Below, piece by piece: positions 27,897-38,536 of a stretch of DNA of 64,000 bases. Each line of letters begins with the position of its first letter. The first letter of the stretch is position 1. The position numbers and the translations under genes are program-made. The notes under the pieces are model-generated. The model did no database searches. It saw only the letters and a list, made by a program, of their open reading frames with translations, and was not told the DNA's origin. The stretch comes from Candidatus Latescibacterota bacterium (GTDB lineage Bacteria > Latescibacterota > UBA2968 > UBA8231): NCBI GenBank assembly GCA_965261395.1, contig OZ253462.1, positions 2,848,001-2,912,000 of the forward strand, read 5' to 3'.

Positions 27897-28715
27897 CTAT
27901 TCCTGGAGCGTCTGGACAATGCGGAATCCGAGGTTGTTGTTGCGGAAATACGTGGCGTACCAGAAGCGGTTGGCCGAGCGGACGTAACTCGGCTTGCCGT
28001 ACCAGGAGCCGCCGCGTATCGCACGACGAACACAATCTCCTTCCTCCCAAACCTGCCCGTCGCTCGGTGCGCCAGCGTAACTGACATGCCAGCAGTCCTG
28101 CACCCATTCCCGGACGTTCCCCGACATGTCGAATAAGCCCAACTCATTCGCTTGCTTTTGTCCCACCGGATGCGTTCTGTTGTCGGTGTTCTCGTAGTAC
28201 CAAGCGACCACGGCCCAGTCGTTGCTCCCCGCATACTGGAATCCCTGGCTTTGCTGCCCGCCCCGCGACGCATATTCCCACTCCGCTTCGCTCGGCAGCC
28301 GATACTGTCCACTCCCCGCATTTAGTTTGCCGAGAAACGCTTGAATGTCATCCCAACTGACCGTTTCAACCGGACACTGAGGGCAATCCGCAAACGCACT
28401 CGGGTTCTCACCCATGACCGCTGCCCACAGCTCCTGAGTGATCTCATACTTGCTGATCTCGAAGCTGCCGATTTGCACGAGGTGCGTCGGCTTTTCGTCG
28501 TCAGCGCAATTCTCCTGCTCCGGCGTACATCCCATGGTGAACGACCCGCCCTCGACGCGCATCATCTGCGCGTTTACCATCCGCAGTGCCTTTTGCCGGT
28601 CTCCGCTCTCCATGGCCTTGGTCGCCTTGTCGGCGAGCGTGTCGGGCGGCGGATCTTGCGCCACGGCCGGGCCGGATAGAAAAAGGACGAGTAGAAAAGT
28701 CAGGATTGTCTTCAT
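27897..28715 (-). CDS. Secreted FGE-sulfatase (SUMF1) domain protein
   Basis: Signal peptide MKTILTFLLVLFLSGPAVA; RLPSEAEWEYA, DMSGNVREW, RGGSW and GFR motifs; GGAG RBS. Confidence 0.85.
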   Translation of the reverse strand: MKTILTFLLVLFLSGPAVAQDPPPDTLADKATKAMESGDRQKALRMVNAQMMRVEGGSFTMGCTPEQENCADDEKPTHLVQIGSFEISKYEITQELWAAVMGENPSAFADCPQCPVETVSWDDIQAFLGKLNAGSGQYRLPSEAEWEYASRGGQQSQGFQYAGSNDWAVVAWYYENTDNRTHPVGQKQANELGLFDMSGNVREWVQDCWHVSYAGAPSDGQVWEEGDCVRRAIRGGSWYGKPSYVRSANRFWYATYFRNNNLGFRIVQTLQE

Positions 28716-28735
28716 TGGTATTGACTCCATTGTTG

Positions 28736-30934
28736 TTATTGCTCCGCTCCCGATTCGGTTTGGAAACGCCCGGCGAGGAGGTATCGATACAGCTTGAGGG
28801 TAAGCTGCTGTTCGTTCTCCTCCAGCTTGCCCCGGGCGACCGGCGTCAGCACCATCGTTCGGCAGGGTTCGTCCGCAATCACGGAGGTTGCCTTCTGCTC
28901 CGACGCGCTCGCCGGCCATATCGAATCGCCCGGGCCGCACTGAAAAAGGCGAGCACCCGCCGAATCGTACCCGGAAGCTCGGCCAGAGAGCAGCAGTTGC
29001 AGACCGGCCTGTGGAGCGTCCTGTCCCACGAGGGCCTCGCCGGCGGAGTACTGGCGAGGACTCAGCCACCATTGCAGTTCCTCCATCAGGTTTTCGAAAT
29101 CGATCTGCCGTTCCAAGTAGCGCTCGAGGTCATCGGCGGTGTGCTCCAGCAGCGAGGCGCGCCGCTCGTCTGCCCTGTCCACGTCCGCCTTCCACCCCGC
29201 AATGACGATCTCCTCACAGTGCTCAAGGGCGTGGTCCACATCCGGCTCCATCAGCAACTCGGCATATACGGCAGGCGGCAGGTTGTGCTCAAGCCCGGCC
29301 CTCAACCCCTCGGACAATGCGCTCAAAACCACCCGCACGCCGGCCGCGTTCGACGTCTGCAGAAACCTGCTCAGGACGTTCACTGCCGAGAAGTCGAAGC
29401 CGGAAACGGCGGCAAAGTCTAGCAACAGGCAGAGGGGACGCGAAGCGCCACTCAGAGACTGCCTGAGATGATCGGCGAGGGGGGACACGCTGCCGAAAAA
29501 GAGGTAGCCGCGCAGCCGGTATACCTGGACCCGCTCTCCCTCCTTCAGCAGGATGGCGCGATCGGGGACTGGACGGTCCTTGTTGCTCTCGCGCTCGCGC
29601 GCGGTAAATTGCGATTCGATTGGATCCACGCGGCTGAGGCGCACGGCGAAGAACACGAGGGTGGCGAGCATCCCGACGCCCACGCCTTCAATCAGTCCGA
29701 AGGACGTGATCACAATGAAGATCAGCAGAATGATGCCGTACTCCGACCGGGGGAGCCGCCTGCGGCTTTTCACGAGACCTTCGTCCAACATGCCGAGGCC
29801 GGCAAAGACCAGTACGCCTCCTACGAGCAGCGACGGGACGAGTTCCAGCATTCCGTCGCCGAGGAACAACGCGCCCCCGATGACGAGGGCGGCGACTACC
29901 CCGGTCAATCTTGCTGTGGCCCCGAACAGCTTGCTGCGCAGGGACGCCGGCACGACAAGGGTCGCTACCGTGCCACCGCCCAAACCAGCGATCACGCTGG
30001 CGACTCCCGTTACCCTGAACTCTCGGTCCCAGTCCAACTCCTGATTCGCAGCCAACTCAAGGCCAGCGAAATTCATGATCACGCTGATGAAAGCGACCAG
30101 AATCAGCGTCAGCATGTGGGGGACCTGAGCGGCCATCGCGGCCCATTCGACATGCAGCAGGTCGGCAGGAAGCAGGGCCGGCCACAGGCTCCCATCCGCC
30201 GTGCTCGTCAGTAGCAGGCCCTCCGCCCTAGCCTCTGCACCCGAAATGCCGAGGGCGGCGAGCGCGAGATGATACCCACCACCAGCAAGTGCGACGCTTA
30301 CCAGCAGAATCAGCGGGTTGCCCCAGCGTTTCATCGCGAGGTACAGGGCGATCCCATACACCGCGCCCGGGCTCCACTTCCACAAAACGGAAGGCTCCAG
30401 AAGTGCGGGAATCGCCCGCCAATCCGGTTTGGCTCCCATCAGCGACATGGCCGCCAAACACACGGCTCCCCCGATTCCAGCTACGAATCCACCCGTCACC
30501 GGATAGGGGATGAAGCGCATTAGATTGGCGAGTCGGAAACGCCCGATCATGAGACAGCACACGCCAGTGGCCACCGCGCTGATCATGAGCGCGGCCGCCG
30601 TGGTGACGAACAGCGCGTCGCCTGCGGCATCCATCGTGGATCCGATCGTGGCCATCACGATCACCAGCGCGGGAGATAGCCCCGCAATCGCTCCTCGATA
30701 GCCGCCCGCGAGAGCGATGACTAGGCACGCCGCGAAGTTGCCGAACAGCACTAGGCCGACGCCCTGGGAGGAATAGGGAGCCAACGGTCCCGAGAATATG
30801 AAACTCCCGAAGGCAACTTGGGCGACGAGCAGACCTAGGCCCGAGGTGAAGCCGGCTGACAGCGCTGGAACGGCCTTCGCGGACAGGAGGTCCGCGCGAA
30901 GTTCGGACGTAAGATTTTGGAGTAGGGATCTCAC
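28736..30934 (-). CDS. SulP/SLC26 anion transporter with STAS and cNMP-binding domains
   Basis: RFIPYPVTGGF; RLRGYLFFGS; DFAAVSGFDFSA STAS segment; C-terminal cNMP-like fold. Confidence 0.85.
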   Translation of the reverse strand: MRSLLQNLTSELRADLLSAKAVPALSAGFTSGLGLLVAQVAFGSFIFSGPLAPYSSQGVGLVLFGNFAACLVIALAGGYRGAIAGLSPALVIVMATIGSTMDAAGDALFVTTAAALMISAVATGVCCLMIGRFRLANLMRFIPYPVTGGFVAGIGGAVCLAAMSLMGAKPDWRAIPALLEPSVLWKWSPGAVYGIALYLAMKRWGNPLILLVSVALAGGGYHLALAALGISGAEARAEGLLLTSTADGSLWPALLPADLLHVEWAAMAAQVPHMLTLILVAFISVIMNFAGLELAANQELDWDREFRVTGVASVIAGLGGGTVATLVVPASLRSKLFGATARLTGVVAALVIGGALFLGDGMLELVPSLLVGGVLVFAGLGMLDEGLVKSRRRLPRSEYGIILLIFIVITSFGLIEGVGVGMLATLVFFAVRLSRVDPIESQFTARERESNKDRPVPDRAILLKEGERVQVYRLRGYLFFGSVSPLADHLRQSLSGASRPLCLLLDFAAVSGFDFSAVNVLSRFLQTSNAAGVRVVLSALSEGLRAGLEHNLPPAVYAELLMEPDVDHALEHCEEIVIAGWKADVDRADERRASLLEHTADDLERYLERQIDFENLMEELQWWLSPRQYSAGEALVGQDAPQAGLQLLLSGRASGYDSAGARLFQCGPGDSIWPASASEQKATSVIADEPCRTMVLTPVARGKLEENEQQLTLKLYRYLLAGRFQTESGAEQ

Positions 30935-31180
30935 TTTGCTAGGTCGGAGAAACTGATCTGATGCACCGCGATTACCTTCCCTTTTTGTTTTTTATATCAA
31001 TCAGGTGCCGCCAAGGAAAAAGCTTGTCAGGATTAGTAAAATAAAGACCCTTTTTTAGCTTCTCTGTCAAGGCGATGGACTGTTCGCACAGTCGTCCCAC
31101 CTTGCCCCATCCCAACGGCTTAGCTATTCTCATCTCCTCCCCGCTCGTCTTCGCCATACACTGCTTCAGGAAATTGGGCC

Positions 31181-34119
31181 TTGATCAGCGACGCCGAGAG
31201 CATCGCCGAGCACATCCGCTTTCTCAAACGCCGCATCTTGGGCAACGAGGTCGTCCATCACCAGACCTTGCCGGCGCGCCCGGCGCGCCTAGTCCGCGAC
31301 TTGGCTGGCCTGCCTCCGGCTATGGCCCGCATCCTCGAAATCGCCCGCATCCCCGCGCTCTATACGCACCAAGCCGAGGGCATCCAAAAAGTGCTGGAAG
31401 GCCAGCACGTGGCCATTGCCACGCCCACGGCCTCGGGCAAGACCTTGGTGTACAACGCGCCCGTGCTGGCCACGCTGCTCGACGACCCGGAGGCACACGC
31501 GCTCTACATCTTCCCGCTCAAGGCCCTGGAGCAGGATCAGTTCGACGAGCTAAGCGGTCTGATGCAGGGTTTGGGAAGCGGGCTGAACGCGGCCATTTAC
31601 GACGGCGACACTACGGGCCATCGCCGCCGGCAAATTCGCACCAAGCCGCCGCACGTGCTCTTCACCACGCCGGACATGCTGCACTCGGGCATCTTGGCCT
31701 TCCACGAGGCTTGGGCCGGCTTCTTCGCCCGCCTGCGCTACGTGGTCATCGACGAGCTGCACGCATACAGCGGCGTCTTTGGCACCCACGTGCTGCACCT
31801 TTTTCGCCGCTTGAATCGCATCTGCGCGCACTACGGGTCCGAGCCGGTGTACATCACCAGCTCGGCGACGATGGGCACCCCCGCGAGCTGGCGGGCGAGC
31901 TGCTCAACCGCTCCTTTTATGCGATTGAGGACCATGGCGCTCCGGCCGCGGCGCGCCACTTCGTGTTTGTCAACCCGAGCGAAAGCCCCAACACCCTCGC
32001 GGCCCACGTGCTGCGCGCCAGCGTGCTCAAGGAATACCGCACGATTGTCTTCACCCGCGCCCGCATCACCACCGAACTGGTGTATCGCTGGGCCACCCAG
32101 AGCCGCCCGGACTTGCGGGAGCGGATTTCCTCGTATCGCGCGGGCTATTTGCCCGCCGAGCGCCGCCAGATCGAGCAGGAGCTCAACGGCGGCCAGCTCA
32201 TGGGCGTGGTGGCCACGTCGGCCTTGGAGTTGGGCATTGACATCGGCGGCTTGGACGTCTGCGTGTTGGTCGGCTATCCGGGTTCGATCATCAACACTTG
32301 GCAGCGCGCTGGCCGCGTGGGCCGCGCCGGCCGCGAGTCCCTAATCCTCCTGATCGCGTCGCCCGACGCCCTCGACCAGTACTTTATGCGGCACCCAGGG
32401 GAGTTTTTCGCGCGCGATTTGGAGGACGCCGTAGTGGATCCGACGAATCAGTACATCCTCAAAAACCACCTAACGTGCGCGGCGCGTGAACTGCCCCTCG
32501 CCGCTAGCGAACCCGAGTACGCGCTGCCCAACTATCAGGAGGCGATTGATGCGCTGACTGAAGAGGGCACGCTGTTGCAGAATGCCGAGGGCGACGCTTG
32601 GTTTGCCGCGCGCAAGCAGCCGCACCGCTTGGTCAATATGCGCACCATCGGCGAGTCGTATAACATCGTCGATCGCCACGCCAGCCAGATCGGCACGGTC
32701 AGCGGCGGCCAGGTGTACGGGGAGTGCTACAAAGGCGCGATTTACTTGCATCGCGGCCGCCAGTACGAGATCGGCGACCGCAATCCCGAGCGGGGCCAGA
32801 TTTACGCCGAGGAAGTGGATGTGGCGTACTTCACCCGCGCCCGCACGGAAAAGGACACCGAGATATTAGAGGAACTGCGCTCGCGGCCATTGAAAGGCTT
32901 TATGGCGCGGTTGGGTCGGCTCAAGGTCAGTTCGCAGGTGGTGGGTTACGAAAAGATCCGCGTTGGCGACCAAGTCGTCCTCAGCAAACACTCCCTGGAG
33001 TCGCCGGTGGAGCACTTTGAGACGATTGGCTTTTGGATTGAGCTTGACGCCCACTTCAAGGCCGATCTCAGCCGCCACCAGCACCACTACATGGGTTCGA
33101 TCCACGCGATTGAACACGCCATGAAGTCGCTCTTCCCACTGCTGGCCTTGTGCGACCGTACGGACGTCGGCGGGATCTGCTATCCGCAGCACCCGCAGCT
33201 CGGCAAAGGCGCGATTTTCGTGTACGACTATCACCCCGGCGGCATTGGCCTCGCCGAAAAGGGCTTTGCCCAGCTCGACCGCCTCTTGGACATGACGCTT
33301 TCCATGGTCGAAACCTGCGATTGCCTGCTCGGCTGCCCGTCTTGCATCCATTTTCCCACGTGCGGCGCGGGCAATGTCCCCCTCGACAAGGCCGGCGCGA
33401 TCCACCTACTCGGCGTGCTCACGGGCCGCCGAGCCATCGAGCGCACCTCGTCCACAGCCGAGGTCGAAGAAGCCCCGCCGATTTTCGCCGAGTGGGAGGA
33501 AGAGGAAAGCGCAGAGGATGCGCCGCCCGAGCAAGGTCCGCACGTGGTCGTGTTCGATCTCGAAACCCAGCGCTCGGCCGCGGAAGTCGGCGGCTGGAAC
33601 AAGGCCCACATGATGGGCATGTCGGTCGGCGTGGTGTGGGACAGCCGCGCGCAGGCCTGCACCACGTATTTTGAGGAAGACATCGACCGGCTCTTAGAGC
33701 ACCTACAGGCGGCCGATTTGATCGTCGGCTTCAACATCATCGGCTTTGACTATTCGGTTTTGCGCGGGTACAGCCCATTCGACTTCCGCACGCTCAACAC
33801 GCTCGACATGCTCCGCGAGATCCACCAGCGGCTGCGCTACCGAGTGAGCCTCGACTCACTGGGCCGGGCCACGCTCGACGCGCCCAAAAGCGCCGACGGG
33901 CTGGACGCACTGCGGTGGTTCAAAGAGGGGCGGCTGGACTTGATTGCCGAGTACTGTCAGAAGGATGTGGAACTGACGCGCGACCTGTTCTACTTCGGGC
34001 TGAGAGAGAACTACCTGCTCTTCGACCGCCGCAACGAGGGGCGGATGCGCATCCCGCTCGACTGGAAGCTGGAGGACCTGGTGAGCGGGGGCGGACGCGA
34101 TTGCCCGCAGGCCGGATAA
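31181..34119 (+). CDS. DEAD/DEAH helicase with DUF1998 (MrfA/YprA/SftH type) fused to a YprB/RNase_H_2 exonuclease; frameshift near 31877
   Basis: Frame A holds TPTASGKT, DELH and SAT; frame B holds ALELGIDIG, QRAGRVGR, CDCLLGCPSC and VFDLETQ; adding one A restores SATMGNP. Confidence 0.85.
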
Positions 34120-34159
34120 ATGGCAGATTAGAGCCGACAATTATTGCGAAAGGAAGCAG

Positions 34160-35356
34160 ATGAAAATCACCGATCTAAAGTGCGCGGTTATCGGCAACAA
34201 CCCGGTCGTGCGCATCAATACCGACGGGGGCCTCTATGGCCTCGGGGAAGTCGAGGCGAGCAAGTCCTACCTCAAGCCCCACGTGATGTTCTACAAGGAC
34301 TTCATCCTCGGCCAAGACCCGACCGATGTCGAACGGGTGATGCTCAATATCCGGCGCTTGGGTAGCTTCAAGCCCTGGGGCAGTGCGGTCAGCGCGATCG
34401 AGATGGCGCTGTGGGACATTGCTGGCAAGGCCGTGGGCGCGCCGGTGTACAAGCTGCTCGGCGGCAAAATCCGCGACCAAGTACGGGTGTACAATGGCGC
34501 GGTGCGTTTCCCCATGGAGGGCGGCCGCTCGCCCGCAGACTACGCGGCCAACATGCAGCTCATGATAGACGCGCCGCAGAAGTTCAGCATCATCAAGCAG
34601 GGCCTCGCCTTCCACGGCGGGCGGATCACCGAGTCGCCCGAACATTTCTACGGCACCCACCAAGCCGGCCCGTTCCACGCCAATCGCGGCCCCTTGAGCG
34701 AACGCGGCCTCAACCACACAGTCGATTGCATCCGGGCGATGAAGGAAGTGTGCGGCGACGAGGTCGGCTTGGCGCTGGACTTAGGCCCGGGCTTTCTCGT
34801 GCCAGACGCGCTGCGCTTGGCCCGGGCCGTTGAAGACCTCAACGTGGCTTGGCTGGAGGATATGCTCACCGGCGATTACGTCCCCTACGTTTCGGCGGAT
34901 CACTACCGCGAGGTCACGCAGAGCACCTCGACCCCGATCCACACCGGCGAGCAGATCTACTTGCGGCACAATTTTCAAGACCTGATCGAGAAGCGCGCCG
35001 TGGATATCATCGGCCCGGATCCCTGCGACATCGGCGGCATCGCCGAGCTCAAATGGGTGGCCGAATACGCCGACCTGCACGGCATCCTCATGGCTCCCCA
35101 CGGCACGGGCGATGGGCTGTTGGGCTTGGCGGCCTTGGTGCAGGTGGCGGCGACCCTGCCCCAGAACTACCTCGCATTTGAATATCCGACCGGCCACCCC
35201 GAGTGGTGGTACGACATCGTCGAGGGTTTGCCCGATCCGATTGTGGTCGATAGCCACATCGCCGTTTGGGACGCGCCCGGGATGGGCGTCGATTTAATTG
35301 CCGAAGAAGCGCGGCGCTATCTGCGCGAGGAAGACGCCGATTTCTTCGACCAATAG
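34160..35356 (+). CDS. Mandelate racemase/galactonate dehydratase-like enolase
   Basis: SAIEMALWDIAGK, WLED, TGEQ and APH motifs. Confidence 0.9.
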   Translation: MKITDLKCAVIGNNPVVRINTDGGLYGLGEVEASKSYLKPHVMFYKDFILGQDPTDVERVMLNIRRLGSFKPWGSAVSAIEMALWDIAGKAVGAPVYKLLGGKIRDQVRVYNGAVRFPMEGGRSPADYAANMQLMIDAPQKFSIIKQGLAFHGGRITESPEHFYGTHQAGPFHANRGPLSERGLNHTVDCIRAMKEVCGDEVGLALDLGPGFLVPDALRLARAVEDLNVAWLEDMLTGDYVPYVSADHYREVTQSTSTPIHTGEQIYLRHNFQDLIEKRAVDIIGPDPCDIGGIAELKWVAEYADLHGILMAPHGTGDGLLGLAALVQVAATLPQNYLAFEYPTGHPEWWYDIVEGLPDPIVVDSHIAVWDAPGMGVDLIAEEARRYLREEDADFFDQ

Positions 35357-35362
35357 AATAGA

Positions 35363-36349
35363 ATGGAAAGGAAAGGTATGCGCGCGGCCCAACTAGTCGC
35401 CCCTCGTCAGTGGGAACTTATCGAGACAGCTAAACCCCCACAGCCGGCCGCCGGTCAGATGCTCGTGAGGATGGAGCGGGTCGCGGTCTGCGGCAGCGAC
35501 AAGCCGCCGTTTTGCGGCGTCCACAAGCGCTATCCGCAGCCGCCCGGGGCCACCGGGCACGAAGGCATGGGCCTAGTCGAAGCCTGCCCGTCGGGGCGCT
35601 ATCGCGAAGGCGAGCGGGTGCTGTTGTGGGGATTTGACCGCGGGCTTTTCCAGGAATACGTCCTCGCCAAGGACGATGGCAACTGCATCCGCCTCCCCAG
35701 CGACCTGCCCGAGGAAAAGGTGCTGATGAGCCAGCTTTTGGGCACGGTGATCCACAGCTTCCACAAGCTGGGCAACATCATCGACCGAGACGTCGTGGTG
35801 ATCGGCCAAGGCCCGGTGGGGCTGCTGTTCAACGCAGTGCTGCGCAACTTAGGTGCCCGGCGGATCATTGCCATCGACCCGCTAGCTTACCGTTTGGAGG
35901 TGGGCCGCCAGATGGGGGCTACGCACGCGATCTGTTCGGCATCGCAAGACCCGGTCGCCGCGGTCGCCGAGATCACGGACGGTGCCATGGCCGGTCTCGC
36001 AGTCGAGGCCGTGGGCGTCGCCGAGACGCTCGGCCTCGTGCCGGCCCTCTGCCGCCGCAACGCCGAGGTGATCTGCTTTGGCGTCCCGGACAAGGACGAC
36101 GTCGAGGGCTTGATGACGGTCAAGGTATTGGACATGCTGCGCCAAGAGCTGCGCTTGATTTTCTCCATTGGCCCCAGTCCCGACCGCGACTACCGGCCCG
36201 CGCTCGACTGGATCGTCCAAGGCCGCATCGACGTCACGCCGATCGTCAGCCACGTCCTGCCCTTTGCTGAGATCCAGCGGGCCTTTGCCATGGCCTTCGA
36301 CGATCCCGAGCCGCACCAAGCCCTGAAGATCGTGCTCAAATTCCCCTGA
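35363..36349 (+). CDS. Zn-binding MDR dehydrogenase
   Basis: CGSD, GHE and GQGPVG motifs. Confidence 0.9.
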   Translation: MERKGMRAAQLVAPRQWELIETAKPPQPAAGQMLVRMERVAVCGSDKPPFCGVHKRYPQPPGATGHEGMGLVEACPSGRYREGERVLLWGFDRGLFQEYVLAKDDGNCIRLPSDLPEEKVLMSQLLGTVIHSFHKLGNIIDRDVVVIGQGPVGLLFNAVLRNLGARRIIAIDPLAYRLEVGRQMGATHAICSASQDPVAAVAEITDGAMAGLAVEAVGVAETLGLVPALCRRNAEVICFGVPDKDDVEGLMTVKVLDMLRQELRLIFSIGPSPDRDYRPALDWIVQGRIDVTPIVSHVLPFAEIQRAFAMAFDDPEPHQALKIVLKFP

Positions 36350-36373
36350 CCCTGAGCGGAAAGGCATCCCATC

Positions 36374-37609
36374 ATGCAAGTTACCCAGATCGAAGTCCAC
36401 GAGATCGCGCTCGCCTACCACGATTGGATCGCCTACCCGCTCAACCACTACTACGGCCCCGCCAGCCGCACAGTGTACATCGCCCACACCGACGACGGCC
36501 GGATTGGCCTCGGCGAGAGCGGGGGCACCGAGCCGCCGGAGACCATCGACCAGTACATCGGCAGCAACCCCTTTGACTGGATCGGCGACGAGACCTCGCT
36601 GGGGTTGGGCACGGCCATGTACGACCTGATGGGGCAGGCCGCGGGCGTCCCGGTCTATAAGCTCTTCGGCCAGAAGTATCGGTCTTTCGTACCCGTGGGT
36701 GCTTGGACGGTATCGACCCATCCCCAGCACATGGCCGAGGCCGTAACCCGCTACGCAGCGCAGGGCTACACTTGGCTGAAGTACCACCTCTCGCCCTTTG
36801 AAAACGTCTTTGACCAGACCGAGGCCATGCAGGCGGTCGCGCCGCCCGGCTTCAAAATCCACTACGACTTCACCATGCACGGCACGGACGATCACATGCC
36901 CGAGCTGGTGGAAAAACTAGCTGAATATTCGATTGCTGGTTGCTTTGAGGACCCGTTGCCGCCCGGCGACATCGAGGGCTACATCGACCTGCGCAAGCGG
37001 GCCAAGCGGCCCATTGTTTTGCATCACTTCCCGCTGGGGGCTACTTATGAGGTGCTGATGGAGCCGGCCGATATCTACATGCTCGGGCACGCAAAAATCG
37101 GCGATGCCATGCGCCGCGCCGGTTTGTTTGCCGCTGCGGGCAAGCCCTTTATGCTGCAAAACGTTGGCGGTGCCATCACCCGCGCCATGGTCGTGCACAT
37201 GATGGCCGCCGCGCCCACGGCCACCTTCCACTGCCACAACGACTACGAGGTCTGGCAAAGCGACGTGGTAGCAGAGCGGCTGGACCCGATCAACGGCTTG
37301 GTGCGGGTGTCGGAAAAACCGGGGCTGGGGCTGACCTTAGACCGGGGGGCGCTAGAGCGGCTGAAGGCGCTAGCGTTGCCCCCACAAGACAGGTGGATCA
37401 TCAGATCGCGCTTCAAAAACGGCAGCCGCATGTACAACATCGCCGATCCGACCCACTCGATTTTCATGGTGCGGCCCGACCACAACCGCCTGATGCCCAT
37501 GAGCTATGCCGCGCCTATTGAGACGGAGTATTGGGACGACGACGGGACGGAAGAGTACCGGGCGATGTTCGGCCGGATTGAGCGCGAGGGAATCGTGCTA
37601 GAGCGTTGA
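36374..37609 (+). CDS. Enolase-superfamily enzyme
   Basis: AMYDLMGQAAGVPVYKLFG, FEDP and PGLG motifs. Confidence 0.85.
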   Translation: MQVTQIEVHEIALAYHDWIAYPLNHYYGPASRTVYIAHTDDGRIGLGESGGTEPPETIDQYIGSNPFDWIGDETSLGLGTAMYDLMGQAAGVPVYKLFGQKYRSFVPVGAWTVSTHPQHMAEAVTRYAAQGYTWLKYHLSPFENVFDQTEAMQAVAPPGFKIHYDFTMHGTDDHMPELVEKLAEYSIAGCFEDPLPPGDIEGYIDLRKRAKRPIVLHHFPLGATYEVLMEPADIYMLGHAKIGDAMRRAGLFAAAGKPFMLQNVGGAITRAMVVHMMAAAPTATFHCHNDYEVWQSDVVAERLDPINGLVRVSEKPGLGLTLDRGALERLKALALPPQDRWIIRSRFKNGSRMYNIADPTHSIFMVRPDHNRLMPMSYAAPIETEYWDDDGTEEYRAMFGRIEREGIVLER

Positions 37610-37611
37610 GA

Positions 37612-38013
37612 TTACTCCTGCTCGCGCTCGAATTTGAGCGCCGCTGAGTTCATGCAGTAGCGCAGGCCGGTCGGCTGGGGGCCGTCGGGGAAGACGTGGC
37701 CGAGGTGGGCGTCGCATTGGCTGCATAGCGCCTCGGTGCGCACCATGCCGTGGCTCGCGTCGCGCTCCTCGGCGACCTTGTCTGGTGCGACGGGTTGCCA
37801 GAAGCTGGGCCAACCAGACCGCGAGTCGTACTTGGTCGCCGAGTTGAACAGCTCGCTGCCGCAGCAGACGCAGCGATAGACACCCGATTCCTTGTTGTCG
37901 CAGTGCTCGCCGGTAAAGGCTCGTTCCGTGCCCTTCTGCCGCGTTACGTGGTACTGCTCTTCGGTGAGTTCCTGCCGCCACTCGGCTTCGCTTTTGGTGA
38001 TTTTCTTATCCAT
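37612..38013 (-). CDS. msrB: Peptide-methionine (R)-S-oxide reductase
   Basis: [21 protein letters not shown] and RYCMNS motifs; start reassigned to ATG at 38013. Confidence 0.95.
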   Translation of the reverse strand: MDKKITKSEAEWRQELTEEQYHVTRQKGTERAFTGEHCDNKESGVYRCVCCGSELFNSATKYDSRSGWPSFWQPVAPDKVAEERDASHGMVRTEALCSQCDAHLGHVFPDGPQPTGLRYCMNSAALKFEREQE

Positions 38014-38042
38014 CGTAGCATTCCTTTCTCTTGGGTCAGTGT

Positions 38043-38516
38043 CTAATCGGATAACTCGGCGTAGTGCCCGCCGAAGAAGATCAGCGGTGCGCCGCTGCCC
38101 ACCTCGCCGGTCAGGCATTCGCCGATGAACATGTCGTGGTCGCCTGCGGTCGCGATGTCCACTAGCTTGCAATCCACATAGGCCAAGGCGTCGGCCAAAA
38201 TTGGTGCGCCGGTCTGGGCCACTTTGGTCGCTATGTCCGCAAAGTCCTTGGGGCCGCGCTGGGCAAAGCGCACGGAGAGGTCCTCCTGCTCCCGCTTGAG
38301 GATGTTGATGGCAAAGCCCTCGGCTTTTTGCAACAGGCCGTGCATGGACGCGCTTTTGTCAACCGAGACCACCACCAGCGGCGGCGACAGCGACAGCGAC
38401 ATGACCGCGTTGGCTGTCATGCCCCAAAGCTGGCCGTCGCAGCAGGTGGTCACCACGGTGACGCCGGTGGCAAAGCGGCCCATAATCTGCCGCTGCAGCA
38501 GAGGATCAAACGCCAT
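38043..38516 (-). CDS. Flavin reductase (DIM6/NTAB family)
   Basis: [15 protein letters not shown] and GDHDMFIG motifs. Confidence 0.9.
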   Translation of the reverse strand: MAFDPLLQRQIMGRFATGVTVVTTCCDGQLWGMTANAVMSLSLSPPLVVVSVDKSASMHGLLQKAEGFAINILKREQEDLSVRFAQRGPKDFADIATKVAQTGAPILADALAYVDCKLVDIATAGDHDMFIGECLTGEVGSGAPLIFFGGHYAELSD

Positions 38517-38536
38517 CGCGCGGTTCCTTTCGCAAT

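Noticed and set aside
27897-28715. FGE-domain protein as the maturase for the sulfatase
   Set aside because: It lacks the catalytic Cys pair after RGGS (reads RGGSWYGKPSYVR) and has a signal peptide, so it is likely a non-catalytic FGE fold.
31075-31880. N-terminal part of the 1014-aa ORF
   Set aside because: It is a shadow frame; the real helicase N-terminus is in the 31181 frame up to the frameshift.
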